From Takakia lepidozioides (Eukaryota; Plantae; Bryophyta), in NCBI GenBank assembly GCA_030704615.1, contig CM060734.1, forward strand, positions 38,936,001 to 39,000,000: a DNA stretch of 64,000 nt, given 5' to 3'. Below the pieces are notes generated by a model that saw nothing but the letters and a program-made list of their open reading frames with translations, was not told the DNA's origin and made no database searches. Both the position numbers and the translations under genes were made by a program. Positions 25,467 to 38,600 of the stretch are shown here, one piece after another; position 1 is the stretch's first letter; the number at the start of each line of letters is the position of its first letter.

Positions 25467-26143
25467 TTTCATAACAGAGGACAAGCATGTGCGAGACAAC
25501 AGACCACACAGTGTGGGTTTCCTAGGCTACAAAAACAGTGGAAGAAACTGGAGAATCCCAGCACCCAACCTCCTCATAAAGTGAACAGTCCCAACAAGGA
25601 GAAGTACAGATCTGTCATGCCGTGTGAAGTATTGACCAAAAAGTACAAGAGAAAGTTCCCCGGGCTTTCCAAGCGGATGGACAGGTTTGAGGTCTTATTA
25701 TGTTCCACAAACTTAGAGTCCACTTGTGCCTGGCTTCCACAATCTGAAGAGACTTGTTGCACTATGCCTTCAAGTGAGGACCATGTCAATTCTATTGCCA
25801 GTTCGCAAACGCAGCTGGGTCTATGCTATATGTGAGAAGATGAGAGTGGGACCAGCCGAGTTACCATAGTTCTATGACCAACTGCACCTTCTCTCGTTTG
25901 GCACAATTTCTTTTGGGACCCAGTGATTCACGTTCCAGTGCAGAACTCATGACAAGAATAACTTGAGGACTTTGCTTCATGGCAGTTGGGTCATTACATT
26001 CGAATTAGCATCAATACCTTAACCAGTTGCATTTGTTGACACTTTCAATAGGACACTTTGCTTTAGAAGTTGGTTACACTCCACTGTGTTCTGCACTTCT
26101 GTGTGAGACAACAAAATTTCTTTAATCATGCCTGTTGCTTGAT

Positions 26144-28678
26144 TCACCAATAATCCCCACATGAACAAACCCCATTTTCAAAATGGTGAAATCGGTTTGC
26201 ATCGCGTACAACTATTGCTCGCCCTGCTATCTTTGACATGAACTTAGTGGCTGTGTGACAGTCCCCACACACTCGAAGGTTCTTGATGACACGGACAGGT
26301 GTCCCAGGGGGCGTGCTAATAAGCCCAAAAGCAATGGCCAGCTTCTCACTGTGGTGGCAAAGAGAAGATTCCTTCTGCTCCTCCTCCACATCATGTAATA
26401 CAAAGCGAGTGTCAGGCACATACCCTGCCTCCTTCATCTGGCTGTATAATCTCCTCAACTCAATATGGATTTGTTCAATTTGTGGGTGCATTTTGTCTTC
26501 TACAACGAACGTATGCACCTGGTTGTTAACCTCAATGCTGCTGCAGCCTGGCTCCTTTCTCACACCTCTGTCCCTCATCAATTTTCTCACCTTCTCTTTC
26601 ACATCATACCTGCCAGCAGCAGCATAGATATTTGACAGTAGCACAAAAGCTCCATGGTCACGTGGATCCAACTCGAGAACACATTTTGCAGCATATTCTG
26701 CTAGCTTCAAATCACCATGGACTCTGCAGGCACCAAGCAAGGCCTTCCACACCTCAACACCACCAGCTTGAAATGGCACACTTTTAATAAACTCCTCTGC
26801 TTCCAGCAGGCACCCCGCACGGCCAAGAAGGTCCACAATGCAACCAAAATGCTCCACTGTAGGTGTGAGGCCAAATTCTGGACTCATGGATTCAAAGTAG
26901 TGATGACCTTCATCCACTAGGCCTGCATGGCTGCATGCACAGAGTACCGAAATGAAGGTGACACTGTTTGGCTTCAGGCCTTCCTGTCTCAATTGTTCAA
27001 AGAGTTGGAGAGCTTCCCTGCCAAGCCCATGCTGGGCATATCCTGCAATCATTGCATTCCATGAGATCACATCCCTCTTAACCATACAATCAAACACTTG
27101 TCGTGCATCCTCTATGCTCCCACATTTGGCATACATGTTAAAAAGGGAAGTCTTTAGAATAATATCTGTTGCAATTCCACTTTGGCTGATGTCAGCATGG
27201 ATCTGCTTGCCCTTTTCCAAAGCTCCTTGGCTGGCACATGCATTCAGAACACAAATGAACGTGACTGTATTGGCTGTCACACCTTCCTGTTGCATTTGCT
27301 CATACATTTTGCAAGCCTCTTCCCTGGGGCCACACTGGGCATATCCCCCAATTATCGCATTCCATGAGACCACATTTCGCTTAGCCATATTATTGAACAC
27401 TTGGTGTGCTCCCTCTATGTTTCCACATTTGGCATACATGTCAACAAGGGTACTGTCGAGAGTGATACTTGGCACAATTCCACTTTTGATGCTGTCAGCA
27501 TGGATCTGCTGACCTCTTTCAAGATCTCCTAGGCTGGCACATGCATTCAGAACGGTAGTGAATGATGCATCATCAGCTGTCACCCCTTCCTGTTGCATTT
27601 GATCATAAAGTTTCAACGCCTCATCAGAATGCCCATGCTTGACGTATCCTGCCATCATTGCATTCCATGAGATCACATCTCTCTTAACCATACCATCAAA
27701 CACTTGACGTGCATTTTCTATACTTCCGCATTTCGCATACATGTTAAAAAGGGTAGTGTCCAGAATAATATCTGGCATGATTCCATCTCGGATGATGTCA
27801 GCATGGACTTGCTTCCCTTTTTCCAAAGCCCTGACGCTGGCACAGGCATTGAGGACGCAAATGAATGTGACCATATTGGCTGTCACTCCTTCATCTTGCA
27901 TTCTCTCATACATTTTGAAAGCCTCTTCACCAGGGCCACTCTGGGCATATCCTCCAATCATTGTATTCCATGAAACCACATTTCGATTCGACATATTCTC
28001 GAACACTTTACGAGCATCCTCTATGCTCCCACATTTGGCATACATGTCAACAAGGGTACTCTCTAAAATCACATCTGGTGTGATTCCACATTTTCTGATC
28101 TCAGCATGGATCCACTTCCCTCTATCCAGGGCTCCTATGCTGGCACATGCATTAAGAATGGTACTGAATGTGACCATGTCAGGTTTCCCCCCTTCTTGGC
28201 GCATTTGATCATAGATTTTCAGAGCCTCCTCAGCATGCCCATGCTTCACATATCCTACCATCATCATGGTCCAGGTAAATGTATCTCGTTCAGGCATTTT
28301 GTCGAACACTTGGCGTGCGTCACCCACGCTCCCACACTTGCAATACATGTTGATAAGGGTGTTGAGTAGAAAGATGTTTGGCTTAAAGGCACTTTGGATA
28401 ATGTGTGCATGAACCCGCTTTCCCTCTGCAAGGGCTTTCATATTGATGCACTGCTGCAAGATAGAAACGTAAGTATTGGAGTCTGCCCGCATGCCTGGTT
28501 GGTTCAATTTGTCCAGCACTTCTTTCAGTCGTCCCTCCTTACAGGTTGTCCTCATATCCCCATGAGTTCCAGAAGACTTCTTATTGACTCCTCTTGGTTT
28601 TCTTTGTAAATTAGTAGTGATAGTGGGGGTGCGAGTCTGGCACCCAACAGACAATTGTGCCTCATTCAACCCTGCCAT
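26144..28678 (-). CDS. PLS-class PPR protein with E1-E2-DYW (C-to-U RNA editing factor, PG-box type), 17 PPR motifs
   Basis: Intact 844-aa ORF with regular L-S-P triplets, P2-L2-S2, E1, E2, a [10 protein letters not shown] box, HSEKLA, CGDCH and terminal DYW. The ATG lies 1 nt after a CGCAG acceptor, so upstream exons may exist. Confidence 0.96.
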   Translation of the reverse strand: MAGLNEAQLSVGCQTRTPTITTNLQRKPRGVNKKSSGTHGDMRTTCKEGRLKEVLDKLNQPGMRADSNTYVSILQQCINMKALAEGKRVHAHIIQSAFKPNIFLLNTLINMYCKCGSVGDARQVFDKMPERDTFTWTMMMVGYVKHGHAEEALKIYDQMRQEGGKPDMVTFSTILNACASIGALDRGKWIHAEIRKCGITPDVILESTLVDMYAKCGSIEDARKVFENMSNRNVVSWNTMIGGYAQSGPGEEAFKMYERMQDEGVTANMVTFICVLNACASVRALEKGKQVHADIIRDGIMPDIILDTTLFNMYAKCGSIENARQVFDGMVKRDVISWNAMMAGYVKHGHSDEALKLYDQMQQEGVTADDASFTTVLNACASLGDLERGQQIHADSIKSGIVPSITLDSTLVDMYAKCGNIEGAHQVFNNMAKRNVVSWNAIIGGYAQCGPREEACKMYEQMQQEGVTANTVTFICVLNACASQGALEKGKQIHADISQSGIATDIILKTSLFNMYAKCGSIEDARQVFDCMVKRDVISWNAMIAGYAQHGLGREALQLFEQLRQEGLKPNSVTFISVLCACSHAGLVDEGHHYFESMSPEFGLTPTVEHFGCIVDLLGRAGCLLEAEEFIKSVPFQAGGVEVWKALLGACRVHGDLKLAEYAAKCVLELDPRDHGAFVLLSNIYAAAGRYDVKEKVRKLMRDRGVRKEPGCSSIEVNNQVHTFVVEDKMHPQIEQIHIELRRLYSQMKEAGYVPDTRFVLHDVEEEQKESSLCHHSEKLAIAFGLISTPPGTPVRVIKNLRVCGDCHTATKFMSKIAGRAIVVRDANRFHHFENGVCSCGDYW

Positions 28679-28879
28679 CCTGCGTGACTCAAAACTCTTA
28701 GTTGCAGACTTTCAGATCAAAATACTTTTGTAAAAAGCTCGAGGTACCTCAAAGGAAAATGTTCATGAAGAAACGTTTTTTCTACAAGTTCACAGTGCCC
28801 CAATATCATCGCTGTCATCTACCTTTGAGCATAAACTGCAGCAACATACATCTAATTGATAATCACATCTAAACTGACT

Positions 28880-30231
28880 ACTATATGCTTGGCAAGCATG
28901 GGCACTCCAAATTAGAACCATCACCACATATTGCTCGAGCTTGAGACAAGGCAGCTAACTCTGCTTTCACCCATGTTGGATCCCACGCACTCTCAATCCA
29001 TAGGGCCTCCTTTGTCCGCATATATTTGAAGTCTGGATACTCTGGGTTTTCCTGTGAAAACCACCAGTGTGCAATTGAGCACCCAAAGATTCAACCACAG
29101 CCTCCTACAGACCAGGTCACAACCAACACAGCACCACATGCCTACATGACGACACTTGGAGCAAGCACCTTCCATGCTAGTGTGATTTGTCAGCCCACAA
29201 CAAGAGGCATCACAGACAGAGATCATCATCATCCTTGTTTATGTGCTTAGTAAAACCATGATGAGTCTACAAAAGAACAACATACTGCTTCATCTCGTCA
29301 AAACCAAAAACCACCCAAACCTCACCCTATCAAACATGTTGTCCAGTCTTTGCGAAGGATCTGGCATGAAATCATGCCAAAGCTGTTGTACACTCAGAGC
29401 TCGGCCTGCATGCAAATTCAATAAGTTAGCAACTCGGTTGGTCTGAGTCTTCCCGAGGAATGGTAATGTGGCTTTCCACAAGTTTCTCTCTCCCGTGTCA
29501 TACGTGTTAATACCAGTACTTGCAACTCTTCGAAATTGTACTGGAATTTCAAAAACTCTCGAAGAACAATGGAAAGAGGTCAAGGCTGTCGGTAGCCCCC
29601 GTTCCTGGACTAAACATGGGTGTATTGTTTGCTTGTATAGGTGGACCTCCTCACATAGGATGGATCGGGCACTGGAGACCCGAAAAGTTACGCAGAGAGT
29701 TTCGAATCTTTACCTTCCTCAGGTTTTCCCAGCGCCAGTGCCACAAATTGCAAGGGTCTCCACCCTTGCATTGAGAACATGGATGCACCATTCAGCTCAA
29801 CACCCTGACCCCCTACCCTGCTGCAGGCTGTAAAGTCTCCCGCTCTTTGCACGAAAGAAGAAGACAACCCCTTAGATGTGGCATTGGGCTCGCAGGATGC
29901 CATTCCTGCGCAACTGGGAGTTCAAATACTGCCCCCTTCTCCGCATCAATTGGTGGTGAACCTTTGGCCCATGCACATCACTGCCAGAGATGCGCACCAT
30001 TGTGGGTGGCAAAGAGATCACTCTCTGAGAGATCACTGTGTAATCCCGTGCGTGTCCACCACCTGAGCACTTTTCATCCATACATGACAAGGTCTTCCAC
30101 CTTAGGACTTCGCATCATTGATTTGCTATAGAGCGAATCGTACATTGCAAGGGCTTGCAATTTTTATGAACAACCCAAAACTCCAGCTTGGCCGCAGGTC
30201 CAGTAATGGCAGCGTGCGAGACGGATGCCAT
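28880..30231 (-). pseudogene. Degenerate upstream exons of the DYW gene: transit-peptide-like start plus a split OSB-type PDF motif
   Basis: ATG at 30231 (MASVSHAAITG...). An exon ends LWHDFMPDPSQRLDNMFDR|GTGAG at 29326, and an exon starts CAG|ENPEYPDFKYMRTKEALWIESAWDPTWVKAELAAL at 29051 (phase 0 join). The first exon has stops and frameshifts. Confidence 0.7.
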
Positions 30232-30984
30232 ACCGAGCTTCTTTTGTTCAACGCCCCACTTCGTACAACAGATTAAGGGGCCTGAAAGGCGCACTCGTCT
30301 TCGCAATGGCAGTGCGGGGAGCTTTGCAAGTGGTGGCGATGGCGTCTTGCAAGCCTCGTGGGAAACTGGAGAAAGGTATAGGCCTGAAATTCTTTGCTTA
30401 TTTTTCGAGTGTTCAATTTGTGAGTCAGACCGATTCAGCCTCGAACTACTTCAACTTCAAGCTCGGCCCTAAGAAATGCCAGTGTTTTTTAACTCAGTCA
30501 GTAATGTAGGCCTCATCACAGCTGTGGCACACCTTGCTGTGGTCCCTCCGCGCACTGTAAGCCATCTCAGGCCCAATTACGTGAAAGGCGAGTCGGAGAG
30601 AGATCTATTGGTGATGATGGTATTTGAATGCAGGCCGAGCTAACAGATTGCCGAGTTTTAATGTTGGGTCACTCACACTGGCGGGACAATAGTTGGCGGG
30701 TTGGTGGCCGACCAATTTTTGGTTTTTAGGAGACCAAGGAACTGATCTTATCTTAAGAGAAGCTGGCCAGTGTGATAGCCCATGGTTTGAGTAACGACCC
30801 GTCTTTGTCTGTGATACCTTCATTCGGTTTGTTGTTGTTTGATCAATAGTAGGCTGGAGGCGTTGAAGTTGGTGGTTGAAAAGCTCTGTGCCTTGTTGGT
30901 TTGCGAAAATGCTCATAGCGCCGTGGTGGTTGTAGCCTGGTCCTCAGGAGGCTGTGGTTGATGCTCTGGCTTCTCAAGTGAACA

Positions 30985-33798
30985 ATGGCGGTTTCACAAA
31001 AAAATCCGAAAAAATCGGACTTCATACATAAGCATACAAAGGAGTTCCTCTATAATGAGAGTCAGTCAACATGCCCCTGCATGAAGACAGAGCTAGCTGC
31101 ATTGACTCAAGATCGGCCACAATCTTGCAATGGTTTTAGTACTGATGTGCACTGGAGCCAAGCATACAAGAGGTAATAACATGTGACAATTCAAAGGCCC
31201 AAACTTAAAAACATAGAACTTTCTGCAATTTCATATAGAAAGTGAAGTAGACAAGTGCGATGTTTTGGATCACTGGTAACCGTAGAGTCTGAGTGGAGAT
31301 TCCCTTCTTGGGGTAGCTAGAGCTTTGTGAGATTTCCTGTGAGTTGATCTTTAGAAGTTGCAATTGAGCGATTTGAATCACGCAGGATGGCACCATTCAA
31401 TCAGGAACAAAGGTTTGTTGGATGTTGGACTGGCAGTAGGGGGAGCCCCTCTACCATCACTACTGCTTTTGAATGTGGGCCAAGAGAGGGAGTCAACAAG
31501 AAGTTGTTTTGTACTCATGGAGATGCAAGGATATTGTGCAAGGAGGGGCAATTGAAAGAGGGACTGCATATATTGAACCAACCAGGCTTTCGGGCAGACT
31601 CCAAAACTTATATCTCTCTCTTGCAGGGCTGCATCAGGACAAAATCCCTTGCAGAGGGAAGGAAGGTGCATGCCCACATTATCCAAAGTGCATTCAAGCC
31701 GAACAATTTTCTACTAAACACCCTTATCAACATGTACACTAAGTGTGGGAGCATGGAGGAGGCACGTCAGTTGTTTGACAAAATGCCTGAACGAGATATG
31801 TTTACGTGGACTATGATGATGGGAGGATATGCCAAGCATGGCAATGCTGAGGAGGCTTTGAAAATCTATGACCAAATGCAACTGGAAGGGCTGAAACCTG
31901 ATAGGGTCACCTTCACAACCATTCTTAATGTGTGTGCCTGCCTACGTGCCCTGGACAAAGGCCGGCAGGTCAATGCTGATATATGCAGAAGTAACATTGG
32001 ATCAGATATTATTTTGGAGAGTGCCCTTGTTGACATGTATGCCAAGTGTGGGACTATAGAGGATGCGCGCAAAGTGTTTGAGCATATGGCTAATCGAAAT
32101 GTGGTTTCATGGAATGCAATGATTGGAGGATATGCTCAGTGTGGCCTTGGTGAAGAGGCTTTCAAAATCTACGATAGAATGCAACGGGAAGGTGTGACAC
32201 CCAACATGGTCACATTCATTTGTGTTCTCAATGGGTGTGCCAGTCTAGGAGACCTTAAAAAGGGCAAGCATGTCCATGCTGACATCAGCAGAAGTGGAAT
32301 TGTGGTAGATGTCATTCTGGAGACTGCCCTTGTTGTTATGTACACCAAATGTGGGAGCATGAAGGATGCATGTCATACGTTCTACAACATGGCTAAAAGA
32401 AATGTGGTCACATGGACTGCAATGATTGCAGGATATGCTCGGCTTGGGCCTTGCGAAGAAGCTTTCAAACTCTATGAGCAGATGCAGCAGGAAAGGGTCA
32501 CACCCAACACAGTCACATTCATTTGTGTTCTCAATCTGTGTGCCAGCATAGGAACCCTGGAGAAGGGCAAGCAGATCCATGCTGACATCAGCAAAAGTGG
32601 AATTGTGGTAGATATCAGTCTGGAGAATACACTTGTTGACATGTATACCAAATGTGGAAGCATAGAGGTTGCATGTCAAGTGTTTGATGAGATGGCTACA
32701 CGAAATGTGGTCTCATGGACTGCAGTCATTTCAGGATATGCCCAGCTCGGGCATAACATAGAAGCGCTTAGAATGTATAATCGAATGAAACAGGAAGGGG
32801 TTGTGCCAGACCCATTCACATTCACTACAGTTATTAATGTGTGTACAAACCTAAGGGCCCTAGAGAATGGCAAGGAGGTCCATGCTGACATCAGAAAAAG
32901 CGGAATTGCAACAGATATCATTCTGGAGAATTCACTTGTTGACATGTATGCCAAATGTGGATGCATAGTGGATGCACAGCAAGTTTTCCAGGATATGGCT
33001 ACACGTAATGTAGTCTCATGGAATGCAATCATCGCAGGATATACCCGCTGTGGGGCTGGTGCAGAAGCTCTCAAGATCTATGAGCGAATGCAAGACGAAG
33101 GGGTGAAGGCAAACATGGTCACTTTCATTTGTGTCCTCAATGCGTGTACTAGCCTAGGAGCTGTAGAAAAGGGCAAACAAGTCCATGCTGATATCAGCAC
33201 ATGTGGTATTGCGCCCGATATTGTTCTGGAGACTACCCTTGTTAACATGTATGCCAAATGCGGAAGTATAGAAGATGCACAACAAGTGTTTGAGGATATG
33301 GCTGAGCGAGATGTCATTGCATGGAGTGCGATGGTGGCAGGATATGGTCAGCATGGGCGTGCTAGGGAAGGCCTTCAACTATTTGAAAGATTTTCACAAG
33401 GGGGCTTGAAGCCGAACAGCATCACATTTACATCTGTTCTGTCTGCATGTAGCCATGCAGGCCTAGTGGATGAAGGTCGCCACTATTTTGATTCCATGAT
33501 GCAAGATCATGGCCTCACACCTACAGTGGAGCATTTTGGCTGCATGGTGGACCTTCTTGGCCGGGCGGGATGCCTGCAGGAGGCAGAGGAGTTCATTAAA
33601 AAAGTGCCATTTCAACCTGGTGTAAGTGCGGCAGCCTGGAAGGCCTTGCTTGGTGCATGCAGAACCCATGGTGATGTTAAGCTAGCCGAACATGCAGCTA
33701 AATTCCTTCTGGACTTGGCTCCAGAGCAGGACACTGCAGCTTTGGTGCTACTTTTGAATGCCTATGCTGCTGCTTGCAGGTGGAAGGATGAAGGGTAG
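30985..33798 (+). CDS. PLS-class PPR protein with 20 motifs, E1 and truncated E2 (DYW lost); probable short first exon 30985-31172 with a degenerate PDF motif
   Basis: 803-aa ORF at 31387-33798. The upstream ORF MAVSQKNPKKSDFIHKHTKEFLY...MKTELAAL ends AG|GTAATA (phase 2) and matches acceptor CGCAG|G-ATG at 31385/31386 in frame. Confidence 0.85.
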
Positions 33799-33890
33799 GA
33801 GAGAAAATTGATAGATGACAGGTGTGAGAAAGGAGCTGCGCTTCAGCTGCATTAATGTTAGCATTTGGTTGCATCCATTCATAATGGATA
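33799..33890 (+). pseudogene. Relic of the E2 end and PG box downstream of the stop codon
   Basis: Reads ERKLID..GVRKELRFSCINVSIWLHPFI, compared with [29 protein letters not shown] in the paralog. Confidence 0.6.
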
Positions 33891-35669
33891 TTGTGTTGGC
33901 AGAAGCAGGCAGCAAATGTGCCTGATGCTCACTTGTATTATTGTGGCAATTGCCAGGGAAACAAGCAACAAGCATGTACCTTGTGTGTTGCATCAAACAA
34001 GAGGGTGGTGGTGTACTTTCAAGAGAATCTGGAGGGGATTGATTGGTGTTAGTGAATGTGACTCTCAGTAGGTCAAATAGTTTGTTTGAAAAAAGTTCTG
34101 AAGTTATATAGTTGTCACTGGAAACCACTGAAGATAGATTGTCTAGAACTTACAGAACCTACTTACTAACTGCGAACCCAAATGGCGAGTGTAGGACTGA
34201 AGAACTCAACCCAAGAATAGCCTTGTAATGCACAAGCAAGACACAAACACCCAACCACCAGGCTGCTTGAACAGTCCTCCATTGGGAAGATTTTCAGCAA
34301 CTTTGAATTAAACATTGCCATTAAGCGTCATGAAGTCCAAGTGCAAAAATGTATTTTAGAAAGAGATCCCATATCTTGTCGCCATGTCTTGCTATAATAC
34401 ACCAGAGGCAGTTGTCCAGAGCAGAAAGCTTATGTCATCACACAGCAAGCTGCCTAAACTCCCCCTTCAAGTACCCTCAGCACCCACCCAAACAACCTGC
34501 AGGCCACAAAGAATACTGTACAAGAACGTGAAATTTCCATACTGGCACATTCTAAGCAGCGAACTGGTGTTACCACAAGCACAACATAAATCAGATAATT
34601 GCTACCAATCAAAACCCAGTGACTTTCAAAACAATAATAATAAAATTGACCGATGTCCACGGCCTTTATGTCTGACATTTATTCTAAAACAGAAATTTAA
34701 GGCCAGCTGCCATCTTCACTCCCTTTGCATATACCTGCAATCCCCAGTTGCGAGAACATTAAGAGAAACCGAAATTTAAAGAAGAGGGATGAGAGAAGAG
34801 CAAATGAGTGGAGTGGAGGGTGACAACCAGCAAACAGAAATTCCCGCTTCATCCTACCCCTGAAATTTTCTCTGCTCTCCTAAGAACAGTGCCATGAAGC
34901 AAGACACAAGTGAGAATCAGAGTCAATTTTTAGACTGAGAAGCTACTGCAAGGAGAGCTTGAGACCAGGGTTGGAGAGCCAAATAAAATACGAGGAAAGA
35001 TGCAGCTTGGAATACTGTAGACCCTGGCTAGACACAGCCCATATGCATCGTGGTGGGCTGTCATCAACTACACCAGAGACTTGCGAGAATAGTAGCAAAG
35101 CAACAATTGAACTCTCTCCCACATAGTCAGCGAGCTCCCTGACTGCTGCAAATAGAGTTCAACCCCGGTTAAGGTGGAGGACAAATTCTGGGCACGGTGG
35201 GAGCTGGAATTTCCCTTCTGCCACACCTTTCGAGAAGATTTGATTAGGTTTACTGTGATAAGACCACAAGCTTGTCGAACCCTGATTAGAGTAGTAGTTA
35301 CTTTCCAGGCTCAATGTGTGCTGGGAGTTTCCAGCTGTGGAGGAGGAAGAAAGCTAGGATTAGGTGAAGCCTAGTGAGTGCGAGAAATATAGGTGCTCAT
35401 AACTCATTCAGTGCCCATCACCCCCTCCTCTCCCTCCCTCCCCTTTAGTGACCTGGAATGTGAACTACGCCTCCAATATCTGTACCAACAGAAACTGCGT
35501 AGAAGACATTCTGAAATTGCACTCTGGCCAGACTAAGCAGGGCTGCCCACCTCAACACACGAGTATAATGACAAAGAGACGACAATGAAAGAACATCATC
35601 ACATTTCAAAGGACTCGTTAACCATCCCCTGCAAGCTCCTGTGTATTCAATGTTGATGGAGAACATAGA

Positions 35670-38600
35670 GATTGTACTCATAAGACGTTGTTTGCCGTAG
35701 CCTTGTGGCCATTGACCCCGTGCCCAGTTTTAGCGGGAACAAAAGGAACAGAACCTACCTCTGTCAGGGGCTGACGTTGGTAGTAAGACTTACCTTCATA
35801 TAAAGAATTAATCCGGGTTTTCCAGATATCCTCTAGAAATCCCTTCACACAAGCATCAATCTGCTGTGTGTGATTTGCCCAAAAACTAGGCCTCAGGAGG
35901 GCCTGGGCTTTTGGCTCAGCCTCGAGACTTTCAAAGTTGGTAAACAGGGGTACAGGCACAATTCCCTTGATAGAGTTGAAGAGAGCGTCTCTTTGGTGAG
36001 AGAACCCCGGACAGTGTATCAGAAAATGAATACTGTCTTCAGATTGCCCACACAACGGGCAATTGCACTCTCCCTTTCCTCTCTGCTTCTGTTTGCTGTT
36101 CAAAGGTAGGCTTCCTGCCCTGAGTTTAAATTTCAGTCTAGTGCCGAGAGTGGGTAGACTTGAGGTCATCCAAGATGTCCTCCCCCATGTCACAGACTGG
36201 AAACAAGTTCAGGGAAGTTTTCTGCCTAACTTCATTTTCATCAGACAATCTCATGGCAACAGACATGGCTTTGGACACTACAGCCTCTAAGTCAGATTTA
36301 TCCAGCAGGGTCAAGACTTGCGGATCCAGGTCCAGGTCCTTGAGAATCTTCTACTCTCTTCTGCCAGGACTTAGCCTGTTTGACAGGGCAGTCCTGTTTC
36401 CAAGATATAGAGTCGATTAACTTAGGATATCTGGTGTTGGGCATATGTTGCAGCTGACCCCACCATCTGACCTTGAATTCATCTCGTCGGGAGCTTAAGG
36501 ACGGAATGCCAAACTCACCCCGAACAGCCACATTGGCTGTTTTGGAGCATGCTGACATACACTCCTTAAGCACCCCCACTTGAATGGATTCTAGAGACTT
36601 AGCCTGGTTGGAGTTATCAACCCATATAGCAGATCCGTACTCTCCAAGGCAGGTCTAATAACGCGACAAAGCATGGTTTTCTTAACCTCAGAGTTGACCC
36701 CTCTGCAGTGGAAAAATTTAGTGAACCCCAGAGCTTTGCCCTTGCCAGTTTGAACAACTTTCCGGATATGTGCATCCCAATTACAATTGGAGGAAAACTC
36801 AACGCCCAGGTAAGTGTAGGAAGGGAGGACCAGGATCTCTTGGCTACCCCACTGCCACTTAAGATCACTTCCTCCCTCTCCTCTGTCGTTGAATGCTACC
36901 ACTGCACATTTGCTGACATTAGCCTCTAGCTCCCAAAGATCAAAGTATCTCTTCACGCAATCAATCAACTCCTGGAGATTGGTTGGAGTCTCCCCTATGC
37001 CTGCGAAGTCATCCACAAACATAAGGGCTGGTATGGTGGTATCACCCACCCTTAACCCAAATCCCTCACTTTCCACATCCTCGAGGAGTTGATTGATGAA
37101 AACATTGAAGAGCAGAGGGGAGAGAGTACATCCTTGAGCTACACCTTGGTCTATGTCAAAGAAGTTGGACTTCTGTCCGTTAACAGTGACACAGCTTTTG
37201 GTGTGAGCATACAAGTTGTGGACAACTCTCCACATCTTTCCCTTGATCCCACAAGACCAGAGGCGGAACCATAGGCCATCTCTCCACACTGTGTCATAAG
37301 CCTTTTTGACATCCAGGAAAAAAACATAAGTGGGTTTCCCTTCTTTTTTCCTTCCCTGAATAATCTGGCTTAGAGTGAAGATATGATCCACACAGCCCCT
37401 GTTTCGCCAAAAGCCAGCTTGGCCTTCGTGGAAACAACCTCTAGACTCCAGATCAACCTCAAGACGAGTACTTATAACTCTGCAGAATGTCTTGCCAACA
37501 GCATTGAGGAGCGTGATGCCACGGTAGTTCCCCGGTTCTTCTCTGTCACCCTTCTTGTATAGATTGACAATGACCCCCTGTCGCCAGCGAAAAGGGATCA
37601 TTTCAGTCTTCCAGATAAGGTTAAAGAGGAGAACTAGGGCCTCTATCATGGGATCGCCACCATGCTTGATAAGCTCGTTCGCAATACCATCAGGTCCACC
37701 AGCTTTATATCCATTTAAATGTTCAATTGCTTCCACAATCTCAGAAGAACTAATGGGAGCGTTATAAGCCATTGAAATATACTCCAGTTCATCAGGGCTG
37801 TTTTGAATCATAGGAACAGTTTTTCCAACTGTGTCCCTCCATTCAGCAGAAGACCCCTCACTGTTAGACCTAGAAGTTCTGCCAAGGATACTGTAGTGAT
37901 TTTCAAAGGTTTTGACAATGTCAACCGATGAAGTCACCACTGCACCTTTAGTAGTCTTCAGCGCTTGTACTTGCTGACCGTTTTTAGGCTTGTACAAACG
38001 TTGAAGGGCCAACCAGAATTTCTTGTCATTACCACCATGGTGGTTTGAGTTTATTTCACTGTATAACTTATCCCAGTATAATTTCTTCTGAGACCTAACA
38101 AGCTGATTGATATCTTTACGGAGCTGGTAGTACCACACCCACAATTCTCTGTTGGTTTTCAAATTGCAGCACTCTTTATAGAGGGCTCGTCTCTCAGCTA
38201 TCTTGTTGGTCCACCAATTAACAGCTCTACCGCAGACAATTAGTTTCCTCCCAATGATCTTGTCAGCCACGGAGGAAACGAAACTCTCCCAAGAGTCCAC
38301 TGCTCTTTCGACTTCATTTCTTGCGTTGTCAGAGCGAGACTGAAGTTCTTGGAGCGATTGGACAAAGTGAGGGAGAGCCTCTTGCAAGGCCTGGACGTAC
38401 TCAGCCTTGACCTCCTCATTATGGAATTTTTCTATGCGCCACTTCCGAATCGAACGTTTCACAGATCTCTTGGTGTTGGGAAAACACCTTTTGACCTCAG
38501 TCCAAACCAGGAAGTGGTCAGAGGTACCAATATCAGTTCTGTCGATCAACACATTGGCACACTGGGGGAACAAATTTTTGTCCATTATGATATAGTCCAC

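Noticed and set aside
26144-26560. Possible U-to-C (KP-type) DYW domain
   Set aside because: It has a canonical PG box, HSEKLA and terminal DYW, so it is an ordinary C-to-U type.
26952-28208. Long antisense ORFs over the PPR genes (also at 31866-33317 and 45323-45754)
   Set aside because: These are shadow frames of repetitive coding sequence with no independent signal.
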